DNA of 64,000 nt, taken from assembly GCA_041615815.1 (NCBI GenBank), contig JBFJCP010000004.1, forward strand, positions 96,001-160,000, read 5' to 3'. This document shows, one piece after another, positions 9,646-18,315 of this stretch. Position 1 is the first letter of the stretch; the number at the start of each line of letters is the position of its first letter. This DNA is from Gemmatimonadales bacterium. GTDB lineage: Bacteria; Gemmatimonadota; Gemmatimonadetes; Gemmatimonadales; GWC2-71-9. The notes under the pieces are model-generated. The model ran no database searches, was not told the DNA's origin, and saw nothing but the letters and a program-made list of their open reading frames with translations. The position numbers and the translations under genes were made by a program.

Positions 9646-11904
9646 CTACCGATCTGTCGAGAGCAGCTCCTGGGCTCGATCGAGCGCCTGGCGAAGCCGG
9701 TCCAGCGCCTTAGCGGTCCGCTCCATCTGGGCGTTCACGTCGTCCCATTGGCGTTGCTCGATGGCTTCCCGAATCCCGGGGAGCGTCTTGACGCCATATC
9801 CGGTGTAGTAGCCGGGCGCGTAGATCGTATGTCGGAACCACGGCCGGCGGGGGAGTCCGTCATCCGCCGACAGCATGCGTTCGGTGGAGATGAGGATCCG
9901 GTTCAGCCGCTGCGCGTCCTGGGACCGCACGCTGCCGTCAGCCATCGCCCTGGCGAGCGCCCGGTCGTACTGTTCCGCCGTTCGCTGCAGCGCCGCCTGC
10001 GCATTCTGCAGTGGGGCGAAGTTGAGAAAGGGCACGGGCTCCTTGGGCTCCGGAGGCACATAGGTCTCCGTGGGGTCTGCCGCCAGCACATACGCACGCT
10101 CTGCCACCAGCGCATTCTCCCGTCGTGTCTGTTCGCGCATCTCGTGCGCCAGATCCATCACCTCCCCGACGTAGCGGTCCACGTGACCGGCCAGATTACC
10201 GAACCGGAACGGCAACACGTCTGCGTTGGCCAAGCGTAGCGTGATGCGACCCGTGGTCTGGGCGAGCGTCACGCCATACGTGAAGCCGGGATCCCGAAAT
10301 CGCGAGTAGTGATCGAACGAGTCGAAGACCGAATGGTAGGAGCCGCCGTCGCCCTCACCGCCGTAACTGATGTTGAGGGAGGCAATGCCAAGATGCTGGA
10401 GGAATGGGGTGTAGTCCGATCCCGATCCCAGCGGCGCGATCGGGACATCGCCGCTCGGTCCCGGCACCGTATCTCCGTGAATGCGCCGCCGAGCGATGAG
10501 GCGTTCGGCGACGCTGACCTTCGTCTGTGGATCGACGACGTCGCTCGCAACTTCGTTGACGATCCGCTCGAGGCTATGGGAGCCCCCGGCGGACAAGAAC
10601 CCCCGACTACTGCCGTCGGTGTTGATGTAGGCGACCGCCTTCTCACGGAGTTCCCGGGCATGGTGTTCCGCCCACTCCGTGGAGCCCAGGAGCCCTGGCT
10701 CCTCCGCGTCCCAACCGGCGTAGATGATCGTACGCTTGGGGCGCCAGCCTGACTTGGCGAGCAGACCAATGGCCCGAGCCTCAGCCAGCAGCGACACCAT
10801 ACCGCTCAGTGGGTCGGCGGCGCCGAATACCCAGGCATCGTGATGGTTCCCCCGCAGGACCCATTGATCGGGATCCTGGGCGCCGTCGAGCCGCGCGATC
10901 ACATCGTATGCCGGCTGCAGGTCCCAGTGGAACTCGAGTTGTAGGTGCACCGCTGCGGGCCCGGGTCCGAGGTGATACGTGATCGGTAAGGCCCCCCGCC
11001 ATGACGGCGGTGCCACGGGGCCCGCGATGGCCTCGAGGAGGGGCTTGGCGTCTGCGTACGAGATAGGGAGGACGGGAATCTTCATCACCGTGGGAGATTC
11101 CGCGGGCGTCATGCGTGCGGCATCGCGCGTTGCACCGACGAACGGCGTCAGCGGATCGCCAGGAAACGTGGGCATATCCGCCACGGAGCCGCGCTGAGCG
11201 CCGTGCTCCATGCGCCACGGTCCGCCGGGATACACCTCGCCCTGCCAATATCCGTCGTCCAGTGGGTCGGAGTAGAGAATGCAGCCGATGGCGCCGTGTT
11301 CCGCGGCCACCTTGGGCTTGATTCCTCGCCATGATCCTCCGTAGCGGGCGATGACGATCTTCCCTTCGACGCTGATGCCGCGGCGCGCCAGCTCTTCGTA
11401 GTCTGCGGGAACCCCATAGTTCACGTACACCAGCTCACCGGTGACATCGCCATCGGCGGAGTACGCGTTGTACGGTGGGAGCCGACCATCGGTGATGCGC
11501 GAGGTCGCGTCGCGCTCGAGAGCCGGCTCGGCCAGCTGTGGCGCGAACCGGTACGGCTCCACCATTTCCAGCAGTCGGGTCTTGGGCGTCGGAAACAGGA
11601 CGTGGAAAGTGTCAATGCGTACTTGATACCCCCATTCCCGAAACTGAGACGCCATCCACTCGGCGTTTCGTTTCGTGTGGGGCGCGCCCACATGATTGGG
11701 GCCTGACGACATCTCCTTGTTCCAGTCACGGAGCAGCCGGGCATCCAGGTAGGAGTCGAAGCGGGCTTCCAGTGCGCGTTGCGCAACCGTGCCCTCTGCC
11801 GTGAATCCGAGGATGATCCCGTCGTTCAGGGTGCCGGGAGCGAAGGCGAGGAGGGTCGCGGCCGCCATGCCCGCGAACAGCGAACGGCGATGAGTCGATC
11901 TCAT
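9646..11904 (-). CDS. M28 glutamate carboxypeptidase II-like peptidase (PA and TfR dimerisation domains), secreted
   Basis: Signal peptide; GNHHDAW, AADP.SG, WDAEE, YINTD, GSGSDY and YHS motifs; RPWFRH in the dimerisation domain. Confidence 0.92.
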   Translation of the reverse strand: MRSTHRRSLFAGMAAATLLAFAPGTLNDGIILGFTAEGTVAQRALEARFDSYLDARLLRDWNKEMSSGPNHVGAPHTKRNAEWMASQFREWGYQVRIDTFHVLFPTPKTRLLEMVEPYRFAPQLAEPALERDATSRITDGRLPPYNAYSADGDVTGELVYVNYGVPADYEELARRGISVEGKIVIARYGGSWRGIKPKVAAEHGAIGCILYSDPLDDGYWQGEVYPGGPWRMEHGAQRGSVADMPTFPGDPLTPFVGATRDAARMTPAESPTVMKIPVLPISYADAKPLLEAIAGPVAPPSWRGALPITYHLGPGPAAVHLQLEFHWDLQPAYDVIARLDGAQDPDQWVLRGNHHDAWVFGAADPLSGMVSLLAEARAIGLLAKSGWRPKRTIIYAGWDAEEPGLLGSTEWAEHHARELREKAVAYINTDGSSRGFLSAGGSHSLERIVNEVASDVVDPQTKVSVAERLIARRRIHGDTVPGPSGDVPIAPLGSGSDYTPFLQHLGIASLNISYGGEGDGGSYHSVFDSFDHYSRFRDPGFTYGVTLAQTTGRITLRLANADVLPFRFGNLAGHVDRYVGEVMDLAHEMREQTRRENALVAERAYVLAADPTETYVPPEPKEPVPFLNFAPLQNAQAALQRTAEQYDRALARAMADGSVRSQDAQRLNRILISTERMLSADDGLPRRPWFRHTIYAPGYYTGYGVKTLPGIREAIEQRQWDDVNAQMERTAKALDRLRQALDRAQELLSTDR

Positions 11905-12041
11905 GAGCACTCCTCAAGAAACTCGGGTGAACGCAGGGACCCCGTAACGGGCAGCATGGCAAGGCGGAACGCCGACGGGCAATATAGAGGTGAGCGGTGG
12001 CAAGCGCAGCCGTGGACCGGTGCTCCGAGCCGGCTTGAAAC

Positions 12042-13235
12042 TCAGCCGCGCTGGACCCACTCCCGCGCCAGCTGGATTACCCGATCCACGTCGTCATCGT
12101 TGTTGTACAGGTGCAGCGAGAAGCGCAGGACTCCGCGGCGGATCGAGAAGCGAACGCCCTTGGATCGGAGAAACTCGTACAGACGGTTCATGGCCGGATC
12201 GTCGGCGGAGTCGTGGCGTCCGCCGCCACTCGTGCCGACGGCGACAATGTGTCCCAAGTGCAGTCCGGGGGCTCCGCCGCATACGGGGAGATCCAAGGCG
12301 CGGAGACCGGTCGCCAATCGATTCGCGAGTTGCCGAACGTGTGTGTCGATGTGTTTCGATCCGAGGTCCAGTAGCAACCCGAGAGACGCGTCGATCGCCA
12401 CGGCCCCGAGGTAGTTGTAGTTTCCGAGGTCGAAGCGGCGGGCACCGGCAGCCAGCACCAACTCGCTGGCGTTCATGGCGGTCTCGTGGGCGTCACGGCC
12501 CAGGTCGACCCCAAACCGGGCCAGATAGGCAGGGCTGACCCGGTCGATGGCCTCCCGCCTCACGTAGAGAAACCCCATGCCGTAGAACGCCAGCAGCCCT
12601 TTCTGCGTGGCGGCCGCGAGTCCGTGAGCCCCGAGGGTGCGAACATCGGTGTGGAGCACGCCCACGGATTGGGCCGCGTCCAGCAAGAGAAACGCGCCAC
12701 GATCCTCGCATGCCCGAGCGACGGGAGCGATATCGGTGATGAAGCCTGGCGAAAACGAGACGGTGGGAAGGGTGACGAGACGAGTTCTGCCATCCATGGC
12801 TGCCAGCATTCCTTCGACTGGAAGCCTGCCGTCCACCGTGGGCACCGCTCGGACCTCGACTCCGAGTCGTCGTTTGAGGTTCAGCCAGGGATAGACGTTG
12901 TTGGGGTGTTCGATCTCGGGACAGAAGACGAGGTTGTCGCCGGGTTTCCACGTCAGACCGGCCGCCACGATATTCAGTCCTTCCGAGGTGTTCTTGGTGA
13001 TGGCAATCTCGTCCGCGCTCGCACCGATGAGTGACGCAAGACGGTGTCGGGCGCGCTCGACGGTGTCGAAGGCCGCCCGCTTATTCTCGGCGCCGGCTAT
13101 CCGTTCCTCCAAGTACCGATCGACGGCGCCTTTCGTATCCGTCGACAACAGGCCACGAACCGACACGTCCATGTAGATGCCCTGTTCGGCGCCAGGAAAG
13201 AGCTGCCGCGCACGCACAAAACGCGCCTCGCTCAT
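12042..13235 (-). CDS. class V PLP-dependent aminotransferase-fold enzyme
   Basis: NTSEG, EHPNN, DAAQSVG, TQK (PLP Lys) and RFSLHLYN motifs. ATGA overlap with the upstream transporter gene. Confidence 0.88.
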   Translation of the reverse strand: MSEARFVRARQLFPGAEQGIYMDVSVRGLLSTDTKGAVDRYLEERIAGAENKRAAFDTVERARHRLASLIGASADEIAITKNTSEGLNIVAAGLTWKPGDNLVFCPEIEHPNNVYPWLNLKRRLGVEVRAVPTVDGRLPVEGMLAAMDGRTRLVTLPTVSFSPGFITDIAPVARACEDRGAFLLLDAAQSVGVLHTDVRTLGAHGLAAATQKGLLAFYGMGFLYVRREAIDRVSPAYLARFGVDLGRDAHETAMNASELVLAAGARRFDLGNYNYLGAVAIDASLGLLLDLGSKHIDTHVRQLANRLATGLRALDLPVCGGAPGLHLGHIVAVGTSGGGRHDSADDPAMNRLYEFLRSKGVRFSIRRGVLRFSLHLYNNDDDVDRVIQLAREWVQRG

Positions 13236-14458
13236 GACCAACCCTCCGAATGCGCCACGATGGTCGTTCCAACCAAGTCACCCATGACGTTGATGGTCGT
13301 ATTCCCCATGTCGATCAACCGATAGATGCCGCCGACGATTGCGGCGATCTCGAGTGGTAGATTGAACGCCTCCACGAAAATGAGCGCAATCACCAGCCCA
13401 CCTCCCGGAATGCCCCCTGAGCCCTCGGACAGAAGCAATCCTACTAGGATGATTGTCAATTGCGACGCGAGGCTGAACTCGATCCCAGCTGCTTGTGCGG
13501 TGAACAACAGTACCCCCGAGAGCATGATGGCCGTTCCGTCCTTATTGATCTGTGCGCCCAACGGAAGCGTGAAGGTGTAGATGCTGCGAGGGAGATGGAG
13601 GCGCTCTTCGGCCATCTCGAAGGCCACGACCAGGCTGGCCAAGCTGCTACACGTTGCAGCGGTCGTGGCGTAGAGCGGCCCCGTCCGGCGGAGAAACGAC
13701 AATGGCGATCGTTTCGTCACCCCGGCGAGGAGCGTCAAATAGATCACGACCATCGCGAGCTGTGCGCCATACACTCCTCCCAAGAAGAGGGCCAGTGGGC
13801 CAAAGAGTTGAGCCCCGTAGAGTCCCACGGTGCTCGCGGCCAACGCACCAATTCCCAGCGGCGCGGTGTAGAGGATCAGGTCCACTAGTTTGCGCAAAAC
13901 CTCCGCCAAGAGTGCAAACGTTTGTTGCAGCGGCTCCCGTTTGTCCGTGGGCAGAAGCACGGTGGCGATACCGAGCATCACGGCGAAGACGACGATCTGT
14001 GCCACCTGACCACTGCTGAAGGCGTGAAACACGTTCTCCGGAATGAGATCGACGAACACGTCCGTGACTCTTGGAACCTGACCGAAGCTCTCGTCCACCG
14101 GCTCCGTGAGCTGCATCCCAACGCCCGGGCGGAGCAAGTGCATGGCGGTAAGGCCCAAGGTCAACGCGATCGTCGTGGTCACCAGATAGTAGAGGACGAT
14201 CTTTCCGCCAATGCGACCCAGCATCTTGACGTCCGTCAGGCTGGTCATGCCCGCCAGGAGATTGAAAAAGACCAGCGGGATAGCCGCCATCAGCAGCAAG
14301 CGAATGAACAGATCACCGACGGGTTGGACGATTTGCGCCCGCTCGCCGACGATGATGCCGGCGATGACACCCACGGCCATGAACAGCAGGATCTTGACCC
14401 CTAGCGAGAGGCGGCGGTACCGCTCCCAGAGTTTCCCGGCTGCTGTCGGGTTGGTCAC
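13232..14458 (-). CDS. dicarboxylate/amino acid:cation symporter (DAACS/GltP family)
   Basis: TCSSLASL (HP1 serine motif), LPLGAQINKDG, and IDMGNTTINVMGD. Confidence 0.92.
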   Translation of the reverse strand: MTNPTAAGKLWERYRRLSLGVKILLFMAVGVIAGIIVGERAQIVQPVGDLFIRLLLMAAIPLVFFNLLAGMTSLTDVKMLGRIGGKIVLYYLVTTTIALTLGLTAMHLLRPGVGMQLTEPVDESFGQVPRVTDVFVDLIPENVFHAFSSGQVAQIVVFAVMLGIATVLLPTDKREPLQQTFALLAEVLRKLVDLILYTAPLGIGALAASTVGLYGAQLFGPLALFLGGVYGAQLAMVVIYLTLLAGVTKRSPLSFLRRTGPLYATTAATCSSLASLVVAFEMAEERLHLPRSIYTFTLPLGAQINKDGTAIMLSGVLLFTAQAAGIEFSLASQLTIILVGLLLSEGSGGIPGGGLVIALIFVEAFNLPLEIAAIVGGIYRLIDMGNTTINVMGDLVGTTIVAHSEGWS

Positions 14459-14707
14459 GTTTGCGCGGTCGGTGCAGCAGGCATGGGACCCGTAGTGTGC
14501 GTGCGAGATGTTCCCCGCGCCAGCGGTCGGTCCCGAAGGCCGTCATCCGCGGAGGGCGGTTGCGACGGCCCCGCGGTCTTTGGCTCGCGCTCCGTCCCGA
14601 GCATGTTGTTTCGCGGGTGGCCGCGGTCGTGGCGGCCCACTAGATTCGCAACGAGTCCACCGCGTGACTCGTTCTTCTCTGACCTCTCAACTGCCGTTGG
14701 GGCCTTC

Positions 14708-14842
14708 ATGCGAGTATCGATCGTTACACTCGCCATCGCGACCGTCGTCGTTCCGTGCTCTTCGCGTGGGGTGACCCTCGCGCAGGAGCACCGGCACCAG
14801 ACCGCCAAAACCGTGGCACGCGCTCTGGTTGGTGAGGGATAG
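14708..14842 (+). pseudogene. possible truncated remnant of a secreted-protein gene
   Basis: 44-codon ORF MRVSIVTLAIATVVVPCSSRGVTLAQEHRHQ... resembles a signal peptide plus a mature start; it stops 8 nt before the R2lox gene. Confidence 0.3.
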
Positions 14843-14850
14843 CGTCACCC

Positions 14851-15711
14851 ATGAACCAGCCGGGCGCGGGATCGGCCAAGTACTTCGAGCTCTACACGCA
14901 GTCGCACCGTCAGGCCTGGGACCCGCTCGCCATCGAGTTGGCTCAGGATCGGCGCGACTGGGAGCGGATCCAGCAGGAGCATGCTGTTGAGGCCTACGGC
15001 GAGCAGATCCATCGCCTCTGTTCGCTGTTCTTCGAAGGTGAAGAATCGGTGGCCAAGACGCTCGCTCCGTACCTCTCCGCCGTCGAGCGGGCAGGGCTGG
15101 GCTCGGACAAAGCACTATGTCTGGCGTCTCAGCTGTACGAGGAAGCGAGACACTACGTGTTTTTCGCTCGGTACTTCGCGGATGTCTTGGGTGATCTGGA
15201 CACCAAGCGTCATCTCGCGCCCGCGCCCAAGTCGGTGCTCGTGGATGCGTTGACCGATATCAGTACCCGGCTGCGTCGAGAGGAAGATCCGGAGCGCCTC
15301 GAGGTTCTTCTCGTGGAGGGTGCGGTCCGCTACATGGGCATCGCGGAGGCCATGTTGGCACGGACGGGGTACCGTGGGGCCGAGGAGGCCCTGTTGACGC
15401 GAGGGTGGCTCCCGGGGCTCCAGCAGGGATTTCGCTTGATCCGGCGCGACGAGGGCCGGCACGTGTCCTTTGGAATTCACTTTTTGCAGGAGATAGTGGA
15501 GCGGCAGCCGTCGTATGGAGAGGTGGTCCAGTCGACCTTCCACGCCGCCCTCCCCGATGTGCTGGCCACCGTCAAGCAGTTCGACGGCGAGCACGCCCTG
15601 GTCGACTTGGATTCGCTGCTGCGATACGCGGTGGATGCCGGGCGACAGTTCATGACCGCGGCGGGGTTGGGGGATGATGAGGCGGCCATGCTCGACACGT
15701 TGCGGCTCTGA
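14851..15711 (+). CDS. R2-like ligand-binding oxidase (R2lox; ferritin-like Mn/Fe protein)
   Basis: EGEESV, EEARH, YMGIAEAMLARTGY and LPGLQQGFRLIRRDEGRH carry the R2lox metal ligands plus the Val/Tyr cross-link residues. Confidence 0.88.
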   Translation: MNQPGAGSAKYFELYTQSHRQAWDPLAIELAQDRRDWERIQQEHAVEAYGEQIHRLCSLFFEGEESVAKTLAPYLSAVERAGLGSDKALCLASQLYEEARHYVFFARYFADVLGDLDTKRHLAPAPKSVLVDALTDISTRLRREEDPERLEVLLVEGAVRYMGIAEAMLARTGYRGAEEALLTRGWLPGLQQGFRLIRRDEGRHVSFGIHFLQEIVERQPSYGEVVQSTFHAALPDVLATVKQFDGEHALVDLDSLLRYAVDAGRQFMTAAGLGDDEAAMLDTLRL

Positions 15712-15726
15712 TCTCTGGGGGACATC

Positions 15727-16050
15727 ATGGCGCGGATGCTGGTTCGGTATCGGGTGAAGCCGGAAGCCGTTGCGGAGGTCAAGAAAGCGATTGTAGAGTT
15801 CGTGGACGCCATCCGCGAGCGCGAACCCGACACGATCTACGGCGCGTTCCTGGAGGAAGACGGCCGGTCATTCTTCCACCTGATGATATTCCCCGACCGC
15901 GAGCGGGAAGAGTCGCATCGCACGTCGGCGCACACCGAGAAGTTCGTGGCGGCGCTGTACCGCAACTGTGAAGTGGAGCCTGAGTTCCGAACGCTCGAGC
16001 TAGTGCGTTCGACCAAACCAGGCCGCGGGTTTCTCGGCATGGGCCAGTAG
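15727..16050 (+). CDS. ABM/quinol monooxygenase-like dimeric alpha-beta barrel protein
   Basis: VRYRVKPE...EPDTIY...F...HRTSAHTEKF pattern. Confidence 0.75.
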   Translation: MARMLVRYRVKPEAVAEVKKAIVEFVDAIREREPDTIYGAFLEEDGRSFFHLMIFPDREREESHRTSAHTEKFVAALYRNCEVEPEFRTLELVRSTKPGRGFLGMGQ

Positions 16051-16083
16051 GGGGGCAAGCCAAACCTCAAGAGGGGGACCACC

Positions 16084-16569
16084 ATGAGGTTGCAGGATGC
16101 GTTGCTGGGAGTAACCAAGGGTGCCCGAGGTTGGCTCAAGGCGTGGGCCAAGGATTTCACCGATGAGGAAGCCACCGAGGGCGGCACGGCTGGTCTCAAC
16201 CCCATCGCCTGGCAACTGGGACACGTCGCCGCAACCCAGGACGATGTGTACTGTCTGTTCACGGGGGATCAGACCATCGTACCCAAGACCATTCGGGGGA
16301 TATGTGGTACGGGGTGCCCGGCACCCACGGCCGAGACGACGTATCCACCGATCTCCGAGTTGTGGATGCTGCTGGAGCGAACGCAGGACCGGTTGATCGG
16401 GCTGATCAAACGATCATCGGAGGCGGATTTCGATCGCCCGCCACTCAAAGAGAACCCCTTCTTCCATTCGATGGGGCAAGCGATCTACGAGATCGCGCTG
16501 CATGAGAACTATCACGTGGGGACGGTAGCCGCGTTACGAAAGGCATTGGGCAAGACCGCGATCGCCTAG
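16084..16569 (+). CDS. DinB/YfiT family protein
   Basis: NPIAWQLGHV and HENYHVG His triad. Confidence 0.85.
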   Translation: MRLQDALLGVTKGARGWLKAWAKDFTDEEATEGGTAGLNPIAWQLGHVAATQDDVYCLFTGDQTIVPKTIRGICGTGCPAPTAETTYPPISELWMLLERTQDRLIGLIKRSSEADFDRPPLKENPFFHSMGQAIYEIALHENYHVGTVAALRKALGKTAIA

Positions 16570-16648
16570 CGCGGCACCTCCACGGGCGCAGTCTCCAGGA
16601 GGTCGATCTACCGCACCCGTCCCCCGGTGGTGTACCATCCACACACTG

Positions 16649-17914
16649 ATGGAGCTCGAACTCTCGTCACGGGACCGCGCCATGCTCGCGGGCGACCTCG
16701 GGCCCGCGTCGCGGCTGGCCATGCGCATTCTCGTCAGGATGGCAGCCATTTGGCGGGCCGCGTCGTTGTTGGACATCACCGGCGCCCACATCGACAGCGC
16801 GTTGTACGTAGGTGACGCCACCCTGGAGTATGCCGAGCACCTCGCCGAGCTCGGGGCCCGCGTCGCCGTCCCTACCACCCTCAATGTGAGTGGCGTGGAT
16901 ACCGCTGCATGGCAGGAGTGGGCTGTCCCACCCGATTGGGCAGCCAAGGCGCATCGCCAGATGGTGGCATACGAGGCCATGGGCTGCCGCAGTACCTGGA
17001 CGTGCGCGCCCTACCAATCCGAACCGCGGCCGGCGTTCGGCGATCAGATCGCGTGGGGCGAATCCAGTGCCATCGTGTTTGCCAACTCGGTACTGGGCGC
17101 ACGAACGGAGCGATACCCCGACCTCCTCGACATCTGCGCCGCCATCACCGGACGCGTTCCGGCCGTCGGCCTCCATCTCACCGAGCACCGAGCCGGAACG
17201 GTCCTCATCCGCCTCGCGGAGCTTTCGGAGCGTATTCAACAGGACGACGCCTTTTTTCCAGTGCTCGGCCATCTGGTGGGGAGCGCGGTGCAGGGTGGGG
17301 TGCCCGTCTTGGCAGGTCTGGCCACCCACCCCACCGAGGATCAGCTCAAGGCGCTGGGCGCGGCCATGGCCTCCTCAGGCGCCGTCGCCCTCTTTCATGT
17401 GGTTGGCGTAACCCCCGAGGCCACGACCCAGGCTGCCGCGTTCCACGGCATGGCGCCGCCGCGGGAAATCACGGTCTCGCTCGCCGATTTGCGGGATGCG
17501 CGCCGCGACTTGGACACGGCCCACGGAGCGAAACTGGACATGGTCGTGCTCGGCAGCCCCCATTTCTCGTTCACCGAATTCCAACGTCTTGCGGAGTTGG
17601 TGGCGGGGACCACCCGGCACCCAGCGGTGCGCGTGCTGATCACGACGGGTCGCGGCGTGAAGCTGATGGCGGAGCGCGCCGGATTGCTGGAGCCGTTGGA
17701 ACGGTTTGGGGCGGAGCTCGCGGTGGATACGTGTATCCTCACCAGCCCAATGTTACCGGACCACGTCCGTGTGCTGATGACGAACTCGGCGAAGTACGCC
17801 TATTACACGCCAAGCCTCTTGGGCCGTCAGATGGCGTTCGGCGGACTTCGGGACTGTGTCCGGTCCGCCGTGGCGGGGCGCGTCGAGCACGACGAGGAGT
17901 CGTGGCGCGAATAG
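16649..17914 (+). CDS. aconitase X catalytic subunit (DUF521; cis-3-hydroxy-L-proline dehydratase-like)
   Basis: AHID, WTCAPY, WGESSAIVFANSVLGART, GSPHFS, DTC and TNSAKYAYY motifs. Confidence 0.9.
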   Translation: MELELSSRDRAMLAGDLGPASRLAMRILVRMAAIWRAASLLDITGAHIDSALYVGDATLEYAEHLAELGARVAVPTTLNVSGVDTAAWQEWAVPPDWAAKAHRQMVAYEAMGCRSTWTCAPYQSEPRPAFGDQIAWGESSAIVFANSVLGARTERYPDLLDICAAITGRVPAVGLHLTEHRAGTVLIRLAELSERIQQDDAFFPVLGHLVGSAVQGGVPVLAGLATHPTEDQLKALGAAMASSGAVALFHVVGVTPEATTQAAAFHGMAPPREITVSLADLRDARRDLDTAHGAKLDMVVLGSPHFSFTEFQRLAELVAGTTRHPAVRVLITTGRGVKLMAERAGLLEPLERFGAELAVDTCILTSPMLPDHVRVLMTNSAKYAYYTPSLLGRQMAFGGLRDCVRSAVAGRVEHDEESWRE

Positions 17915-18315
17915 GGGGAGAGCCGGTGGTACCGGGCGAGGTGAGTGGGGAGCTCCTGGTGGGTCGGGCGCCCATCAGCTTTTGGGGCGGATACGACCCC
18001 GCCACGGGGACCATCATCGATCGACGTCACCCGTTGGCGGGTACCGTGGCGAGCGGACGCATTCTCGCCATCCCCGGGACGAGGGGCTCCAGCACGACAA
18101 CCGCCATCCTGCTGGAAGCCATTCGGGCTGGCACGGCTCCCGCCGCGATCGTGACGGCGGGCGTCGATGGGTTCGTAGCTCTCGCCGCCATCGTGGCCGA
18201 GGAGCTCTTTGATCGGACCATCGCGGTGGTGGCGCTGGAGCCCACGGCGTTCGCGGCGCTCCCAGACTGCGGCCGGGCTCACGTGAGCTCCGACGGAACG
18301 ATCGACCTGACCTAG
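17902..18315 (+). CDS. aconitase X swivel subunit (DUF126)
   Basis: GTG after GAGGAG, overlapping the DUF521 gene end; PISFWGGYDPATGTIIDRRHPL and RGSSTT motifs. Confidence 0.9.
   Translation: MARIGGEPVVPGEVSGELLVGRAPISFWGGYDPATGTIIDRRHPLAGTVASGRILAIPGTRGSSTTTAILLEAIRAGTAPAAIVTAGVDGFVALAAIVAEELFDRTIAVVALEPTAFAALPDCGRAHVSSDGTIDLT

Noticed and set aside
14459..14707. Possible riboswitch upstream of the amino-acid symporter
   Set aside because: Only generic GC hairpins; I could not recognise glycine, lysine, SAM or T-box consensus elements.
18312..18315. Convergent genes with overlapping 3' ends (also 31040-31043 and 36518-36534)
   Set aside because: Common in compact bacterial genomes; nothing in the sequence indicates antisense regulation.
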